From contig CATNEN010000002.1 of assembly GCA_950097015.1 (NCBI GenBank), positions 3,348,001 through 3,412,000 on the forward strand: 64,000 bases of DNA, written 5' to 3'. Within the stretch, counting starts at the first letter, position 1, and every line of letters begins with the position of its first letter. The position numbers and the translations under genes are program-made. Of this stretch, positions 1-12,373 are shown in pieces. The DNA comes from Macrostomum hystrix (lineage: Eukaryota; Animalia; Platyhelminthes). The notes under the pieces were generated by a model that was not told where the DNA came from, made no database searches, and saw only the letters and a list, made by a program, of their open reading frames with translations.

Positions 1-270
1 GGGCGCCGGCGTCGGCAAAAGGGGAGTCGACGTACCGCCGAGTTCGTGCCTACCCACGCCGAAATTAAGTGGGGCCTGCAGCAGTGCTCCTCGGCACGGA
101 TGAGGTGGCCTTCCAGCTGTAGTCGCCGACGGCGCAGTAGGTCGCTTGGGTGTGCCAGGCCGGCGCGGCGATAAAGTGCCGCCTTGGTGATGAGCTCATC
201 AAAGCCGATTCTAAAGGCAGCGCAAAGCAGGCAAGCCTGCGCTGCGTTGACTTGACGCTGACATTACATA
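1..270 (-). mobile_element. RTE-like non-LTR retrotransposon fragment (post-RT C-terminal region), runs off the window edge
   Basis: Minus-strand frame reads RQVNAAQACLLCAAFRIGFDELITKAALYRRAGLAHPSDLLRRRRLQLEGHLIRAE. The RRRL-x-GH-x-R motif is typical of the region after RT in RTE-type LINEs. Confidence 0.65.
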
Positions 271-479
271 TGCCAAGCCTAAAAATGTCAATGGGGAAAG
301 AATCGACGAGAAGGCCAATAAGCAGTCTTGATATGAATTCCACAAAGGATTATAAGCAAAGGAGAGTTGCCTTGCCAGAGACGTGCGTATTGAGTTGACA
401 ACTAGCCGTGAGCTTGAGGTAATAGCCACAAGCGAGATCGGCTTTACAACGACGATCGTGTTTTTCTACTTTTTTACCT

Positions 480-1032
480 CCTGGGACTACTAAGCACAAA
501 AGTTATGCTGAACTGCAGAGGCATTAGTCCTGCAAAAGCAATTGGAAACCACAGGAAAAATTTCGTTTCTCAGTTCGATACCCATTTGAGACAAAGGACA
601 CAGAACTCAAGCAAGCTAAGTCACTTCTATTACTCCTTCAAGCAATATTATTCAGCCGAAAAATATTAACAACAAATATACAACCCGGAGTTGAGACGTA
701 CCATAGCCTCGTTTAGACTAGGAAACCATAAGCTAGCTTGCGAAACATTGCGAACTGCGAGACCGAAAATTCCGTATGTAAATAGATTATGTAGTAAGTG
801 CAAAACAGAAGTTGAAAACGAGGTCCACTTCCTTTTTAAGTGCACTTGGAATAAGTATAGCGCAGCACGTTCGAAATTTGAGACGGAAGTTTCTGGGAAA
901 ACCCCAATTTCATATCCTTAACAGCAGAAGAAAAATCTAACTACATAATGGCTCAAGACGATAGGGAAACCGCTGAAGCTTTAGCAAAATACATCATAGA
1001 AATATCTAAAAAAAGGGAACAGCTGCCCTGAG
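480..1032 (+). mobile_element. Degenerate 3' end of a LINE ORF2 with C-terminal CCHC zinc finger
   Basis: Reads SFRLGNHKLACET...RLCSKCKTEVENEVHFLFKC (C-x2-C...H...C), with in-frame stops at ~667 and ~919 and a frameshifted tail ending at TGA 1030-1032. Confidence 0.75.
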
Positions 1033-1749
1033 ACTACGAGATCTTACTAGCATTCAACAATAGATATTTCATATTTTGTTTTATCCCTGGCGTCCCTTGT
1101 GTTTTTACTGCTCTTATTTTTAATACCTTTGCTTTCCCTTCCCAGCTCGATATTTGATTCCTACTAGACTTCGCTTTTTATGTTGCTTTTCGTTGTTCAT
1201 TTAAATGTGTTGTTTAAAAATATATAAAAAAAAATCAGCACCCATAGATGGCGTGCGCGTTTTTATAATAAAAATAAAAACAAAACAGTATTTAGTACAG
1301 CCCTGCAAGGCAATAAATGCCTTTAAGCCGAATGAAAAAATTACCCGCAGGAAAACCATGTTCAATATTTGAGATCGCAGATGTTTGCTAGCAATCGGCA
1401 TGCACAAATGCTTAAGTATTATGGCAAGAATGGTAACGCCATATAATGATTCCGAAAATGCTTATTCTCAGAATCTGCAGTGTGGGAAAAGGCTGTGGAA
1501 CGAATTAGCTTAATAATGCAACTTTGCTTTACGTTCATAGAAAATTAAGAAATTCAGGACCACATCAGTTCTTTTATTTGAGCCAAAAAATGATATATTG
1601 TGTTGTTTTACTTATTAGTATGAATAAAATGTAAACTTTGAGCAATTCTATTCTTGTCCAAAGGATGGAGAATCAGGGAAACCGTTATTTTTGGGGACAG
1701 TTACGATTCTAGCAGCTATGGGGAGCTTGTAGCTGCAAGGATAAATCTG

Positions 1750-2330
1750 TGCATTTACGAAGGTTTTCACTCTGTAAACCAATGCTACCCTTCTGATAAA
1801 TCATAATAACCCTCCATAACTCATGCTACCCCTCGATATATCATGCTATCCTCTCGATAATTTGCAGTCCACTTAAAGAATTTGTGCTACCACATCGATA
1901 GATAATGCTGCTTCCCGATAAATCATGCTACTTCTCGATAATAAATTACGCCACCCCTCAATAAATAATGCCACCCCTCAATAGTTCATGCTATCCCTCG
2001 ATAAAACACGCAACCCGCTCGTTAATTTGCACCAAATTTCGTTAAATCATGCTTTCCGTCAAATATTTATGCTACCCCTCGACAATTTGCACAACACGTT
2101 GATAAATCATGCACCTTTTTCTGACAATTCCTTCTTTTTCTTTCGATAAAAAGATCTTTCGAAAATGTATGCCACCCCTGATAATTTGACTATACTTTCA
2201 TAATCATTCTACCCCCAGGCTAAATCATGCTACCCCTCAATAGATCATGCTACCCCTCAATAGATCATGCTACCCCTCAATAGATCATGCAACTATCTGG
2301 AAAGTTTATGCAACACCATCGATTGTTTAT
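1750..2330. repeat. Degenerate ~20-bp minisatellite (TAGATCATGCTACCCCTCAA-like)
   Basis: Recurrent (a/g)atcatgctacccctc(g/a)at variants; three near-perfect copies at ~2221-2290. Confidence 0.75.
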
Positions 2331-3495
2331 GCTTTTGCCATTTACTTGATATCTCACGCCTGTTATCCATGGCAATCTAGCGCTATGTCTTAGATTTTTT
2401 CAGTTTTTATTATATATTTTTTGCTTCGTGTTTTCTTCGAAAAAAGCTTTTGAAATATTGAAAACATATTCGTAACTGTCCTGCTTAAAAACACGCAAAT
2501 TCTAAAAAAGAGTAAAGATTCAGCTATGAATAAAATAGCTGATGACAAATACAAGTACCTTGTCTTGAAATGATTGTAGCAATGCTCAAAAAGTTTTCCT
2601 TTCGTTTTGAAAATAAAAAACGCTAACAGCAAAGTATGCTCGAACAGTCTTCATATAGTTTTGAATTTAATCGAATAGTGCTTGAAAGAATGCAATTAAA
2701 AACACAAAAATAACTCATGAAAAAAGCTTATTGCTTTGCTGAAAGCATTTTCTTTTATTTGTGAATAAAAGACGCTGGCAGCGAAAATTATTTTCTCAGT
2801 TTTGTATCGAATAAGAGATGCGTCTGCAATCGAAAAAAATATTATTTTAACATTTTCTCAGAGCGAGAAGAATTATTAAGCTGACAAACATTTGCCTCGA
2901 CAGTAGCTAATCAAAAGCGCTTACTATTCTCAGGTAACTGTACCCAAATAGCCCAATAAAGAAAAAATTAGAATGATCTGTTATCTACGTTTTTAACTGT
3001 TTTTAACTATAATAAAATATTATCACCATGTGACGTTGTCTCTCTAATTTAATGTAATTTTAATATGCTATTTCTAATTAAGTGCATTATTTTCGTTAGA
3101 TATAATTGTTAGAGATATTTATTTGGTTTTACATTAATATTTATAATGAATTTGTTTTAGTATACTATATAGTCGTATTCAAAGGTTCTAATTAGGCCTT
3201 TCCAGGAAGACTCTCTCTCCCCCCGTGCCTGGTTCTGGTGCTACGACTGAGTGCTGGCTATTATTTAAGTGTGGCTAATTTCAACTGTAGCCGTAACTGC
3301 TTTCAAGTGAATCTTGATTCATCTAACATATCTCTAAGTCATATAGCCAGCATTCACCGTTAAGCGATCTCGTTATTTGAAGACCCAATTTACTGCCGAA
3401 TAATAATTTACCTTACTGCTATTCAAATAGACCGAACCGCTACGCCTATACATTGGGACCGAAACTTCGTCATAACCAGTTCCAATAAACTTCGG

Positions 3496-4940
3496 AGCAT
3501 TAATGATCGATGGACAGCATAAATTATCGATCGGACAGCATTAATGATCGATGGACTGCATGGATTATCGATGGGACAGCATTAATGATCGATGGGATGT
3601 GATATTTTGACTTAGGTCTCTCTTTACGTTGAGATTCCTAAATGAGGTCGGGTGTCCTACTCTTTGTGAGAGATTCTCTTTTCGCAACTCGAAAATAACG
3701 AAGACAAGACGATTCAAATTCCAAGCTAAACAGCTGATATTTAAGTGTTGATTAGTAAATAAGAGAAAGCTATGATCACTGATCAATTCCCCTGGCAGCG
3801 CTCTTTTCGTCCCCTGCCAGGTACTGTACTTAATTCAATCCAATTCACAATTCGCACTAACAAAATCTCGATAACCGCAATACAAAACACGAACTCTACT
3901 CGATAATACGACACGATAAACAACACAAATAAATCCTAGACAAACAGATAGTCCCTATAACAAACAAGACAAATAACGCGAAACCTAACCAAAATCCCTA
4001 ACATAAAACCGAGGCGACCAGCAAGCACTTCTGCACTATGGCACAACGATAGTTCTATCGTGCCACACCTAATGTCTGTTCGACGGCGTCCCACCGATGA
4101 TTGTCGGCGATATGGAGAGTGCTTCCGTACTTGCCAATCCCTATCTAACACTCCGTCAGCAGTTGGCCAGACGTACCGAGCTCAGCGCAAGCTTCTTACT
4201 GACGTGGGGTTGAGTGTGGGGTTTTCTTTGACTAACTAGTTGGACCGGTTTACCTGTCCCGGTATCTATTTACTAGGATGCGTAACACGAATGAGAACAA
4301 TATCAAGATCAAGAGCAAGAGCAAGGTCAAACGCGAGACCAGAATCACATGAGAACAATATTTCAGCGCAATAGTCAGTTTTATAGTCAAGCGCCCGCCC
4401 CAGCCCTCATCAAAGCCTGGGTGCCGGCCGCGCCGCTTGTTCTTCTGCCAGGTCGACCCTGCCGGTTAACGAACCGGCTGCTGATTGGCCCGGCTCGGGG
4501 TGTCGCACTTAAGTCGGTTCACTTCAATCGGCTAGCCGTCCTCCCATTGGTTGGGCCCACCAGACCAGGGCTAGTCTGATGCCTTGGCTGTAGAGCAGGG
4601 GTGACCGGCCGGTCGCGTGTTAGGCCTGGCTGGGGTGCGCATGTACAAACAACTAACCTATAAGATACATTAAAATAATTCATAATATTGACGTGCGCGA
4701 ATAAGTTACTACAAGTAGAAATATACGCATTATAAAAACATGCCGACACTACAGGGACAGCATAAATTATCGATGGGACAGCATAAATTATCGATGGGAC
4801 AGCATGGATTATCGATGGGACAGCATAAATTATCGATGGGACAGCATGGATTATCGATGGGACAGCATTAATGATCGATGGGACAGCATGGATTATCGAT
4901 GGGACAGCATAAATTATCGACGGGACAGCATTAATTATCG
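3496..4940. repeat. 21-bp minisatellite (CAGCATAAATTATCGATGGGA variants) split in two (3496-3597 and 4754-4940) by an insertion
   Basis: The same unit lies on both sides. Removing 3598-4753 plus one GGGA restores the unit register. Confidence 0.9.
3598..4753. mobile_element. 1,156-bp LTR-like insertion (solo LTR or non-autonomous element) with 4-bp TSD GGGA
   Basis: Starts TGT(GAT), ends (ACT)ACA, flanked by GGGA at 3594-3597 and 4754-4757. No convincing ORF inside. Confidence 0.7.
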
Positions 4941-5189
4941 AGGAGTCAACAAAAGTTATCAAAGGGTCAGCATTATCCTGAAAGATGACATCAAAGTTCG
5001 CCCACCCACCTCAAGACCATACCTTGCCTGCTCTACCGGCCGCGAAAGATATTCTCGCTCCTCGCGCCTACCTCTCTCCTCTCAAAATGTACCAGAATAC
5101 GTTTTTGGTTCGTTAAAAATTGTTCAACATCGCAGCTAAAAACCGACTTAAGCGCGGCCTGTTTATTTGTTTGTTTGTTTGTCCCTGAT

Positions 5190-6765
5190 GGTCTCAATCT
5201 GCTGCAGACAAAAGTCCGAGTGGCATTCAAGTCCACTTGAAAATACTGAATGGTGTGATGATATGGCAGTTTTTTGGTATGTCCTCGTCAGCAAGTCCTC
5301 GTCAGGATTGGATGGTATGCACGTACCAGTTTACTGCAGCTTACTGAAGACTTTGCTCTGTGGTGCTTGCGGCTAAGTATAGGTACTTGGATGGATGTGT
5401 GGTACTGGGTAGTTATCGGGTTCAGTGGCGCTTTTGAGAGCTCGATAGTCACCACAGGGCCCCACTTATCGTTGAGTTGATCGTCTGACTGCTTTGGTAC
5501 CATGTGCAGTGATGATACCCATGAACTTTTGGATTGACGGATGTAACCCGGCATCGGTAAGTTGCTGAAATTCGTCTTTGGCGATCGTCCATTTCTCTGG
5601 GCGTAGTTGACGAGCATTCGCGTTACTGATCGCTGATTAGTAGTGTCGATCCGTTGGATTGTGTCATGGTTAACCTTGTCTGACGGAGAGTGAACGACGT
5701 GCTGAGCGAGGTAACTAGCAGGTGGGTTGTGTGGAGTTGTGCTGCTTGGTCTACCAGTTGTCTGGCTTTGCAGTACATCAGTAATCCGTAGTGTGATCGG
5801 AAGTCATAGCCGAGAATCGGACGAATGAAGGAGACGATGAGGAAAGCCCAACGGAAGAATCGTCGTAGTCTACGGATGCCGACTGAGATTTCACAGAAAA
5901 CACTGGAATCGAGTGAAATATTTTCTGCTACCGCGAATTCTGTCGATATTCTGATGCGCTTATGTTGTTGGAGAGCGGCCTCAAACGGCCACAGCCAACT
6001 TAAATAGCCAGCCAACGAGCCCACCACCCAACAGCAGGGAGGAGGTGGGGCAAGACCGGGTGCGGGTGCGCACAAACGCTGGTTAGTCTGCGAGCAAACC
6101 AGGTCATGAACCACTAAGCAGGAATTTCACGCCGCTATAGCTATGGCACCGCTCACAGGGGTTGGGGCTTCATGGCTAGTGCCGAGTCGTTTTCCGAAGC
6201 TATTCGATTAAGCGAGTTGGAACGCAATTGATTAGGTGTCCGTTCGTTGGGATCTAAACTGGGATCTAAGCTCATGATGACAGTTCTCTTGGCTAGGTCG
6301 CACTAAGCCATCTTGGACGTGAGTCGCTTGACGAACACCGATGGTTTGTCACCATCTAGGACTCCAGCTCTTATATAACATGTGTTGCGGTTCTATCCTT
6401 TTCTTCTTTTGTGTGTCTATGATTTTAATCCTACTGACGCCACACCATAGCTGTTCTAGTGCTTATTTAATATCCCACCATTGCCACTAAAGTCGTCGTG
6501 GGTCTTCTCGTTGCTTCTCAGTAAAGTATTTTATGTCGCCAAGTTTATGTGACTTTTATTATCCTAGTCGTTATCAATCGTCTGAGGATTATTGTACACT
6601 GTAATATCTATTTACAGGTTTTATTCTCCCTGTGGGTTTATACTACACTGTAATATCTAATTACAGGATTTATTCTCCTGTGGGTTTATGTTCAATAAAC
6701 TTCTCTCACGCCGTAGCGAGTTGATTCAGCCAACTTCTATGTTAGCGGTTAAAACTGCGGCAGCA
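5190..6765 (-). mobile_element. Degenerate Ty3/Gypsy LTR retrotransposon: putative 5' LTR and PBS, gag remnant, protease end, RT N-terminal half
   Basis: Minus strand gives RRFFRWAFLIVSFIRPILGYDFRSHYGLL (protease C-terminus), GYIRQSKSSWVSSLHMVPK, frameshifted CGDYRALKSATEPDNYPVPHI, KLVRAYHPI and DEDIPK..ITPFSIFKWT*MPLGL (RT). A possible LTR at 6765->6548 (TG...CA with AATAAA) followed by TGGCGAC at 6541->6535 is less certain. Confidence 0.8.
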
Positions 6766-8294
6766 TTTCTCATTGCTAAGTCCCTGCTCTTAGCAGTTTA
6801 ATTCTCACTCGGCTGTAATTAGGAACCACGCATTCAGTATGCAACTGTAAACTGATAGATCTTCAGACTGACGGGATTTAACATAGCGTGTTGTTCCGCA
6901 TGCTATCGGTTTGTGCTTCTGTATGCTCTGACATGATGTGATGTGATGCCTCACCGAACCAGTTTTAGCTGGGTGAAATGACTGACGAAATGGTGGTTCG
7001 ATTATTGATGCTTCTTGAAAGACAGTTGTCGAGGTTGGAGAAACTTGGTGCAACAGATGCATTATGTTTATAGAACTCGTAGTTGACAGAGAGCATTCAG
7101 GAATACTGTAATTTCTAGAAAATCATTTTCAATCCAATTGGTGGGACATTTAGTGATTTATTTTCCCGAATATTTGCCATTGCCTACACTTTGAAGACTA
7201 GCGATTGAAACCGAAAAACTGTTCGTGCTTAAACAGTCGAGCTTGGTCTTCGTGCTGTTATTTTCCCTTAGATTCTATTTCTAGGTCGCATTTGAGGCAT
7301 TCCTGAGTCTAAGCCGATTTGTAATTCCCAGTTAAAATTAGATTCACCAGTTCTAAAACAAAGCCTCTAATGATCTCCACCTCACCGGCACCTTTATCTC
7401 CGCCTTGACGGCTTTTGGACAAGGTGTTTTGTACCTATGCCAGTTGAGCCGCAGACCTCCGTTCAGCATTGTTTAGTAACCATTGGCTAATGCTGCGTCC
7501 AAGCCATAGTAAGAGCGAACAAACTCAAGCTTTCTTTATAGCCCACTGGCTCGATTTGCCGCTCATTCTCTACATGAGCGGCAAAGCACAGAATTAACAG
7601 AAATTTTTGTGGAATTCATAGAAATAATAGGAAATAAGAAAGAAATAAATAGATCTATAATAAAAGCATATACTTACAGCTAGATTAAAAAGCCACTGCC
7701 CTGAGGCCCATAGTTAGAATGCTTGATTATAGTTTAAGTTTTCGTTTTCGGTAGTAATATTTGACAGTAACTCACAAAAACACAAAAGCTATTCTCCTTT
7801 CGGGAACAAAGTGATTTCAGTCGGTTTTAATTTTCTCATTAAATTTCAATATTTCATTTTTTGTTTTAATGCCTTTGTTTGCAAATTCAAAATACTTTTT
7901 TTACCTGAAATTAATCTTGTGCATGCTACTGTTTTTCTATCGCCGTTTTTATCGAATCGTTCAGCCTTGTTACCAACATCAAATAAACAAAAACATCAGC
8001 ACCCAAGTAAATTTAACCTCCTCTGCCAATGCTAGGATATCGGCTAGAAAGACAGGCGCTTCTACCCTCTGGATAATAAGCCAGGTTTTTTTTAATATGA
8101 GTACAATGGCAATTCTTCGCAAATTATCTGCTAGACTGCATAAACACCCTTATGGCTTTCGGGTCCCGCTCAGAGCTGAATTTGCTAACTTATCCTTGTA
8201 GTTAGTATACGCTATGTTAGTTTACCTATTAGTATACCTACGCTCGTATATGTGGGATATATAGCAGGGATAATGTGGGATAGTATACCAAAAT

Positions 8295-8455
8295 TGTTCC
8301 AGTGTCCAGTGGAGAAGTTGTAGCCTAGTGGTTACAACTTGAAGGTCGGGAGTTCGATTCCCGACTCCACTGGAACAATTTGTGTCCTTTAGCAATACAC
8401 TTAACTCTGCATTGCTTCATTTCACCCAGCTGATAAATGGGTACCAGTTAAATGC
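8295..8455 (+). mobile_element. tRNA-derived CORE-type SINE, partial (family 1)
   Basis: A-box-like gtagcctagtggtt, B-box ggagttcgattccc, then tgtgtcctttagcaatacacttaactctgcattgcttcatttcacccagctgataaatgggtacc, which resembles the CORE domain. Homologous copies at 14650, 35315 and 57706. Confidence 0.75.
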
Positions 8456-8574
8456 TATTTGTCCCACTTGAAAAATATATTTAGGACGTCAGATCCTATA
8501 ATTTAGCTAGTATTAAGTTTTTAAGGGCCAAGCCCGGCAATTTTTTACCCGACTAAGCGGTGTGGGATTTTGTC

Positions 8575-8752
8575 AATCGTATTATTGGTCTTTATTAGTC
8601 GTTATTGGTCGTAATTAGTCGTTATTGGTCGTTATTAGTCGTTATTAGTCGTTATTAGTCGTTATTGGTCGTTATTAGTCGTTATTGGTCGTTATTAGTC
8701 GTTATTAGTCGTTATTAGTCGTTATTAGTCGTTATTAGTCGTTATTAGTCGT
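8575..8752. repeat. 10-bp tandem repeat (GTCGTTATTA/G)n
   Basis: About 17 consecutive units are visible. Confidence 0.95.
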
Positions 8753-11700
8753 CCTATATATTCCAAGTTATTCCAAGTTCATAATTATTATGAACCCATT
8801 GAAATTTCTTGGTTTCAAAGGTTTCGCTATAATTTTTCTGAGGGAATTTTCTAGCAGCAATTGAAATTTCCAACAGGAACCAGGTTTAACAGTTTGTATA
8901 AGAAACTTGTATAAGACGCTGACGGCAAAAGAAGCCGAGATAGACGAAGCCGACTTCTATGCCAAATCAGCAAACTTATAAAGGAAGTTTGTTTGCCTCA
9001 GCGCATACTGTAGCAAACAGCTTTTCACTGGAGTTGCGACTCCATTGCAAAGAGCTGCATGTCAATACTTATCGTTTCGACTCTCAAAAAACAATGAATA
9101 AAGTTTCCTGAACTTGCGTACTACTATGGCGAATTGTGACAGCAAAATCGGGAACCAGCGAGCGTGGGTAACGTGGGTAAAAAATAGCGCACGAATGACA
9201 CTTATTAAGCATATGCAGTACACTCATGAAGTGTAGTAGCAAAGTGTATCCGTAAGGCCTCAAACGTGATTGTACATCATATTATAAAAAATGCATTTGA
9301 ACATCACACAAATGTGCACTAAAGTAATTGGAAATTTCCGCGGAGATTCCATGAAAAAACTGTTTATATTCGTACTATACTAGGTTTACCATCTAGATCC
9401 GCGATCGTTAAAAACGGCTCATCCGATCTTCACCAAAAGTGCAATATTCAATCAGGGATTTTTCCTTTGCTATGCGTTATACACATATTGTGAGCTTGTA
9501 TTAGATATTGATGTGGAGTGTGCTGCGGGAATCGAGTGGGAATGTGAGCCAGCATAATTTTTCCAATTTTTAGTAGCCAAATAATCGCGACCCACATAGC
9601 AGCTGGCCGCAGAACACAATCATTAATCTTAGGGCCAGGCTTGGGGCGGAGGTGAATTAAGTAGCCGCCGATTCCCCTTGCCTCGGATCTGTCTAGTCTC
9701 CTGTAGAAGTGACTGATCGCGGCTATAGCAATACTGTATGGACTAGTTTAGGTCATAATTCCCCTCCCAAACCGCGATCAGATTGTAGGGATCACTCATG
9801 CGTCTAGAGTGAGCATTAATTCTTCATGTCCCCTTTCTTTACTGTAACCCGAGCCGAAGCTCGATTATGACCTTTTCCCCCTTTAGATACATGTAACGAC
9901 ACTATAGGCAGGTCGGCGCCTGCGCTTCCCATATCCCGGCGGGATCACAATCATTGGCCGACTGCCGGCAGACGCTCCTAGTGGGGCATCTGGCGATTCT
10001 CACAGCCGCTTCAGTGGGCAATTGGGGTGGCATAATGCCGACCCGATTCCTCGCTGACAGGCTGGCGAGCATGTGGGTTGCTTTGATGAATGCGGGGTTG
10101 ACGGAGCTGCAGGACTATTTAAGAAAGCGCGCTGCGCTGCCCCCGAAAAGGACCTCCCTCCCTTTGAACCTCCCTTTGGACCTTCTTCCCCTGTCCGGTC
10201 CCGGAACTCGGTCCGTGGACTCTCCCCCTTCTAGTCTAGCACTTAGTCCCTGAGCCTAAGGCTCCAGAGCATAACTACAGGTAAATACCTGTTAGATCCC
10301 GTGAGTATAAGCCACCTCCTTGGGTGAGCTCCAATTGAGCATCAAGCTCCTTGCAGCCTGGCCCCTTGCCAGCTGTGTTTAGCAACTCCTCGTCTCGTTC
10401 CCCCTTTTATTTGCCCATCCCGGCGAGAGCGACGGCCTGCAGCAAAGTCAGCCAGCATCAGATAAGTAACCCGCGCGGCGGACACTAATTGTTATCCCTA
10501 AGGGATTTATTATTTAGCTAGCGGGGCAATCGGGGCAAGGGCGGTATCTTAGCCTAATAAACCATTTATTAATTGACTGCCGTTTCTAATAATTAGGCCA
10601 ATTTTATAACAACTAAACCTTTCCTTATTATGCTATTCTTTTCTCTTTTTTTTTCTATTAGACAGCCCTCAATCATGAGCGGCTAATTCATTAGGGGTGG
10701 GCTCTGGTGATGCCGAGCTGAAAGCTGCGGCAGGAGGACAACTGTGAGCGCGCATGAGAATAATATGGAGCTAGGGATTTGCGAGTAATATGCGGAGCGT
10801 AGCATGTGTTTCTCTGCTAGGGGTGGGGAATTCCTTGGCGGGTTTTTCCTCTCTTCCTGGCGGATCAAGGAGTACGTGTCAACCTCCCCTGCCAATTAAG
10901 TTCCCCTTCTGTTCCCCGCCTCTCGCTGCTGCCGCCACGGGAGCGAGGGCGACGATCATTTAATCTTTCGCTTGCATAATCACTCAGCCAGTGTTCTGCT
11001 TAACCTCTCCTGCCTCTGATCTCCTCATCTCACACAGATTCGGATTTGCTAGTTATTTAATGTGTAGGCTGTAATTTGATGTAAGGAAGGTGTCTGATGT
11101 TCCAGGAGTAGGATTCCGGCTATGGGTTTCTCATTCGGGTTCGGAGTACCACCTTTCTAGACCACTGTAGCGCAGTTTCAGGAATCCCCTGTTGAGGCGT
11201 GTCTCGATTCATTCTGGGGTCTTCGCCCTAGTCTAAAACGGAAGTTACAGAATGCCCTATTTTTCGGCTTGTCTGAGATCTGTGTGACAAACTAGGAGCT
11301 GTGAACTCCGGGGACCCAAGTTCCCAAATGTCTGCGGTGGCAACGTAGGCGCATTGGGTGGTGGCGCTACCCTAGATCATTTTCCGCTTTGCCAATAGCC
11401 TTTCCGCATTTCTAAGACAAGAGCCTGGGCCGAATCGACCACTGCTACCACTTTTAGGAGTCAGTTATGTACATGCTACTGATGACAGTAGGCTATCTAG
11501 CCCTGTCCTATCTGCTTGCGGGTAGTCCGATATCTCTTTAGACTTTAGCCGGTTTCGAGCACTGCTTGGGGTAGGCACGGCAGTCATGCCTGTGGCCTAT
11601 GGGTTGAGTGGGACTGGCCAGCCTGAGGCCGAGAGGACCGCTCCCTGCATCCACTGTCTCTCCCTTCATCTCTCCCTTCGTCCCGCTTCCCGCGACAAAT

Positions 11701-12373
11701 CGCGAGGCTTTGCGGTACGACTTCTGACTCTATCGCCATTCCCACACTCCCTTTCTCTCTTGAGGACAGGTCATCGGATTGCAAAACCCGCACCCACTTC
11801 AATATTTTATTATTTTTTTGCTCTTTCTAATGTTTAATAATGTCTTTTCATTTCCAAGCATTCTGACTTTAATATGAAAACGATCGCATTGTAAGCCACC
11901 TCTAGCATGGGATCGCGAAAACTGCTCGAGGATACTAAACATTTAAGGTGTACACTGATTGCATAATACCCACAAACCGATTCATTTTGGAACTGGCTAA
12001 ATCATTCCCTCTCCTGAAAGACAAAATTGTCGTGCACTGAGAAATTTTCTCATTAACTCTTTTAGAAGCATGCATTTAATTGCTGCAACACATTTTTCGT
12101 GCAACTTTGAACGCAGATATTGCGCTTTAGTTTTTATTTTATTCGGATAATATATTTCATCTATCGAAACAAATATCTAAGGTTTCTAAAATATAAATAG
12201 ATGTCGAAATGAATCTTAGCGCTAAAGAAGAAAAAATTATTTGCGAACTGTGAATTGAAGTGTCTATATTTGTAATAAAAAATTACCTAGTAATGGAGTT
12301 TCGAATCGAATACATTATGTAAAATTATATTTCTTGCCACTTTAGTTTTCGTGTTTACTTTTTTATCAGCCAA

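Noticed and set aside
3610-3640. GGTCTCTCTTTACG, faint resemblance to the spliced leader at the edge of the 1,156-bp insertion
   Set aside because: Only a short, gapped low-complexity match, not comparable with the 30/35 match at 13084-13118.
3496-4940. Repeats with palindromic ATCGAT cores that might suggest a CRISPR array
   Set aside because: The units are contiguous with no unique spacers, the context is eukaryotic, and there are no cas genes.
8300-8370. tRNA-like A/B boxes here and at 18730, 57710 and 58040
   Set aside because: No complete cloverleaf; these are SINE heads.
9600-11850. GC-richer block with hints of a decayed gag (FRFRLGRRPQNES; HYAT..CP) on the minus strand
   Set aside because: The motifs need several frameshifts and I could not find an LTR, PBS, RT or TSD; too weak to call.
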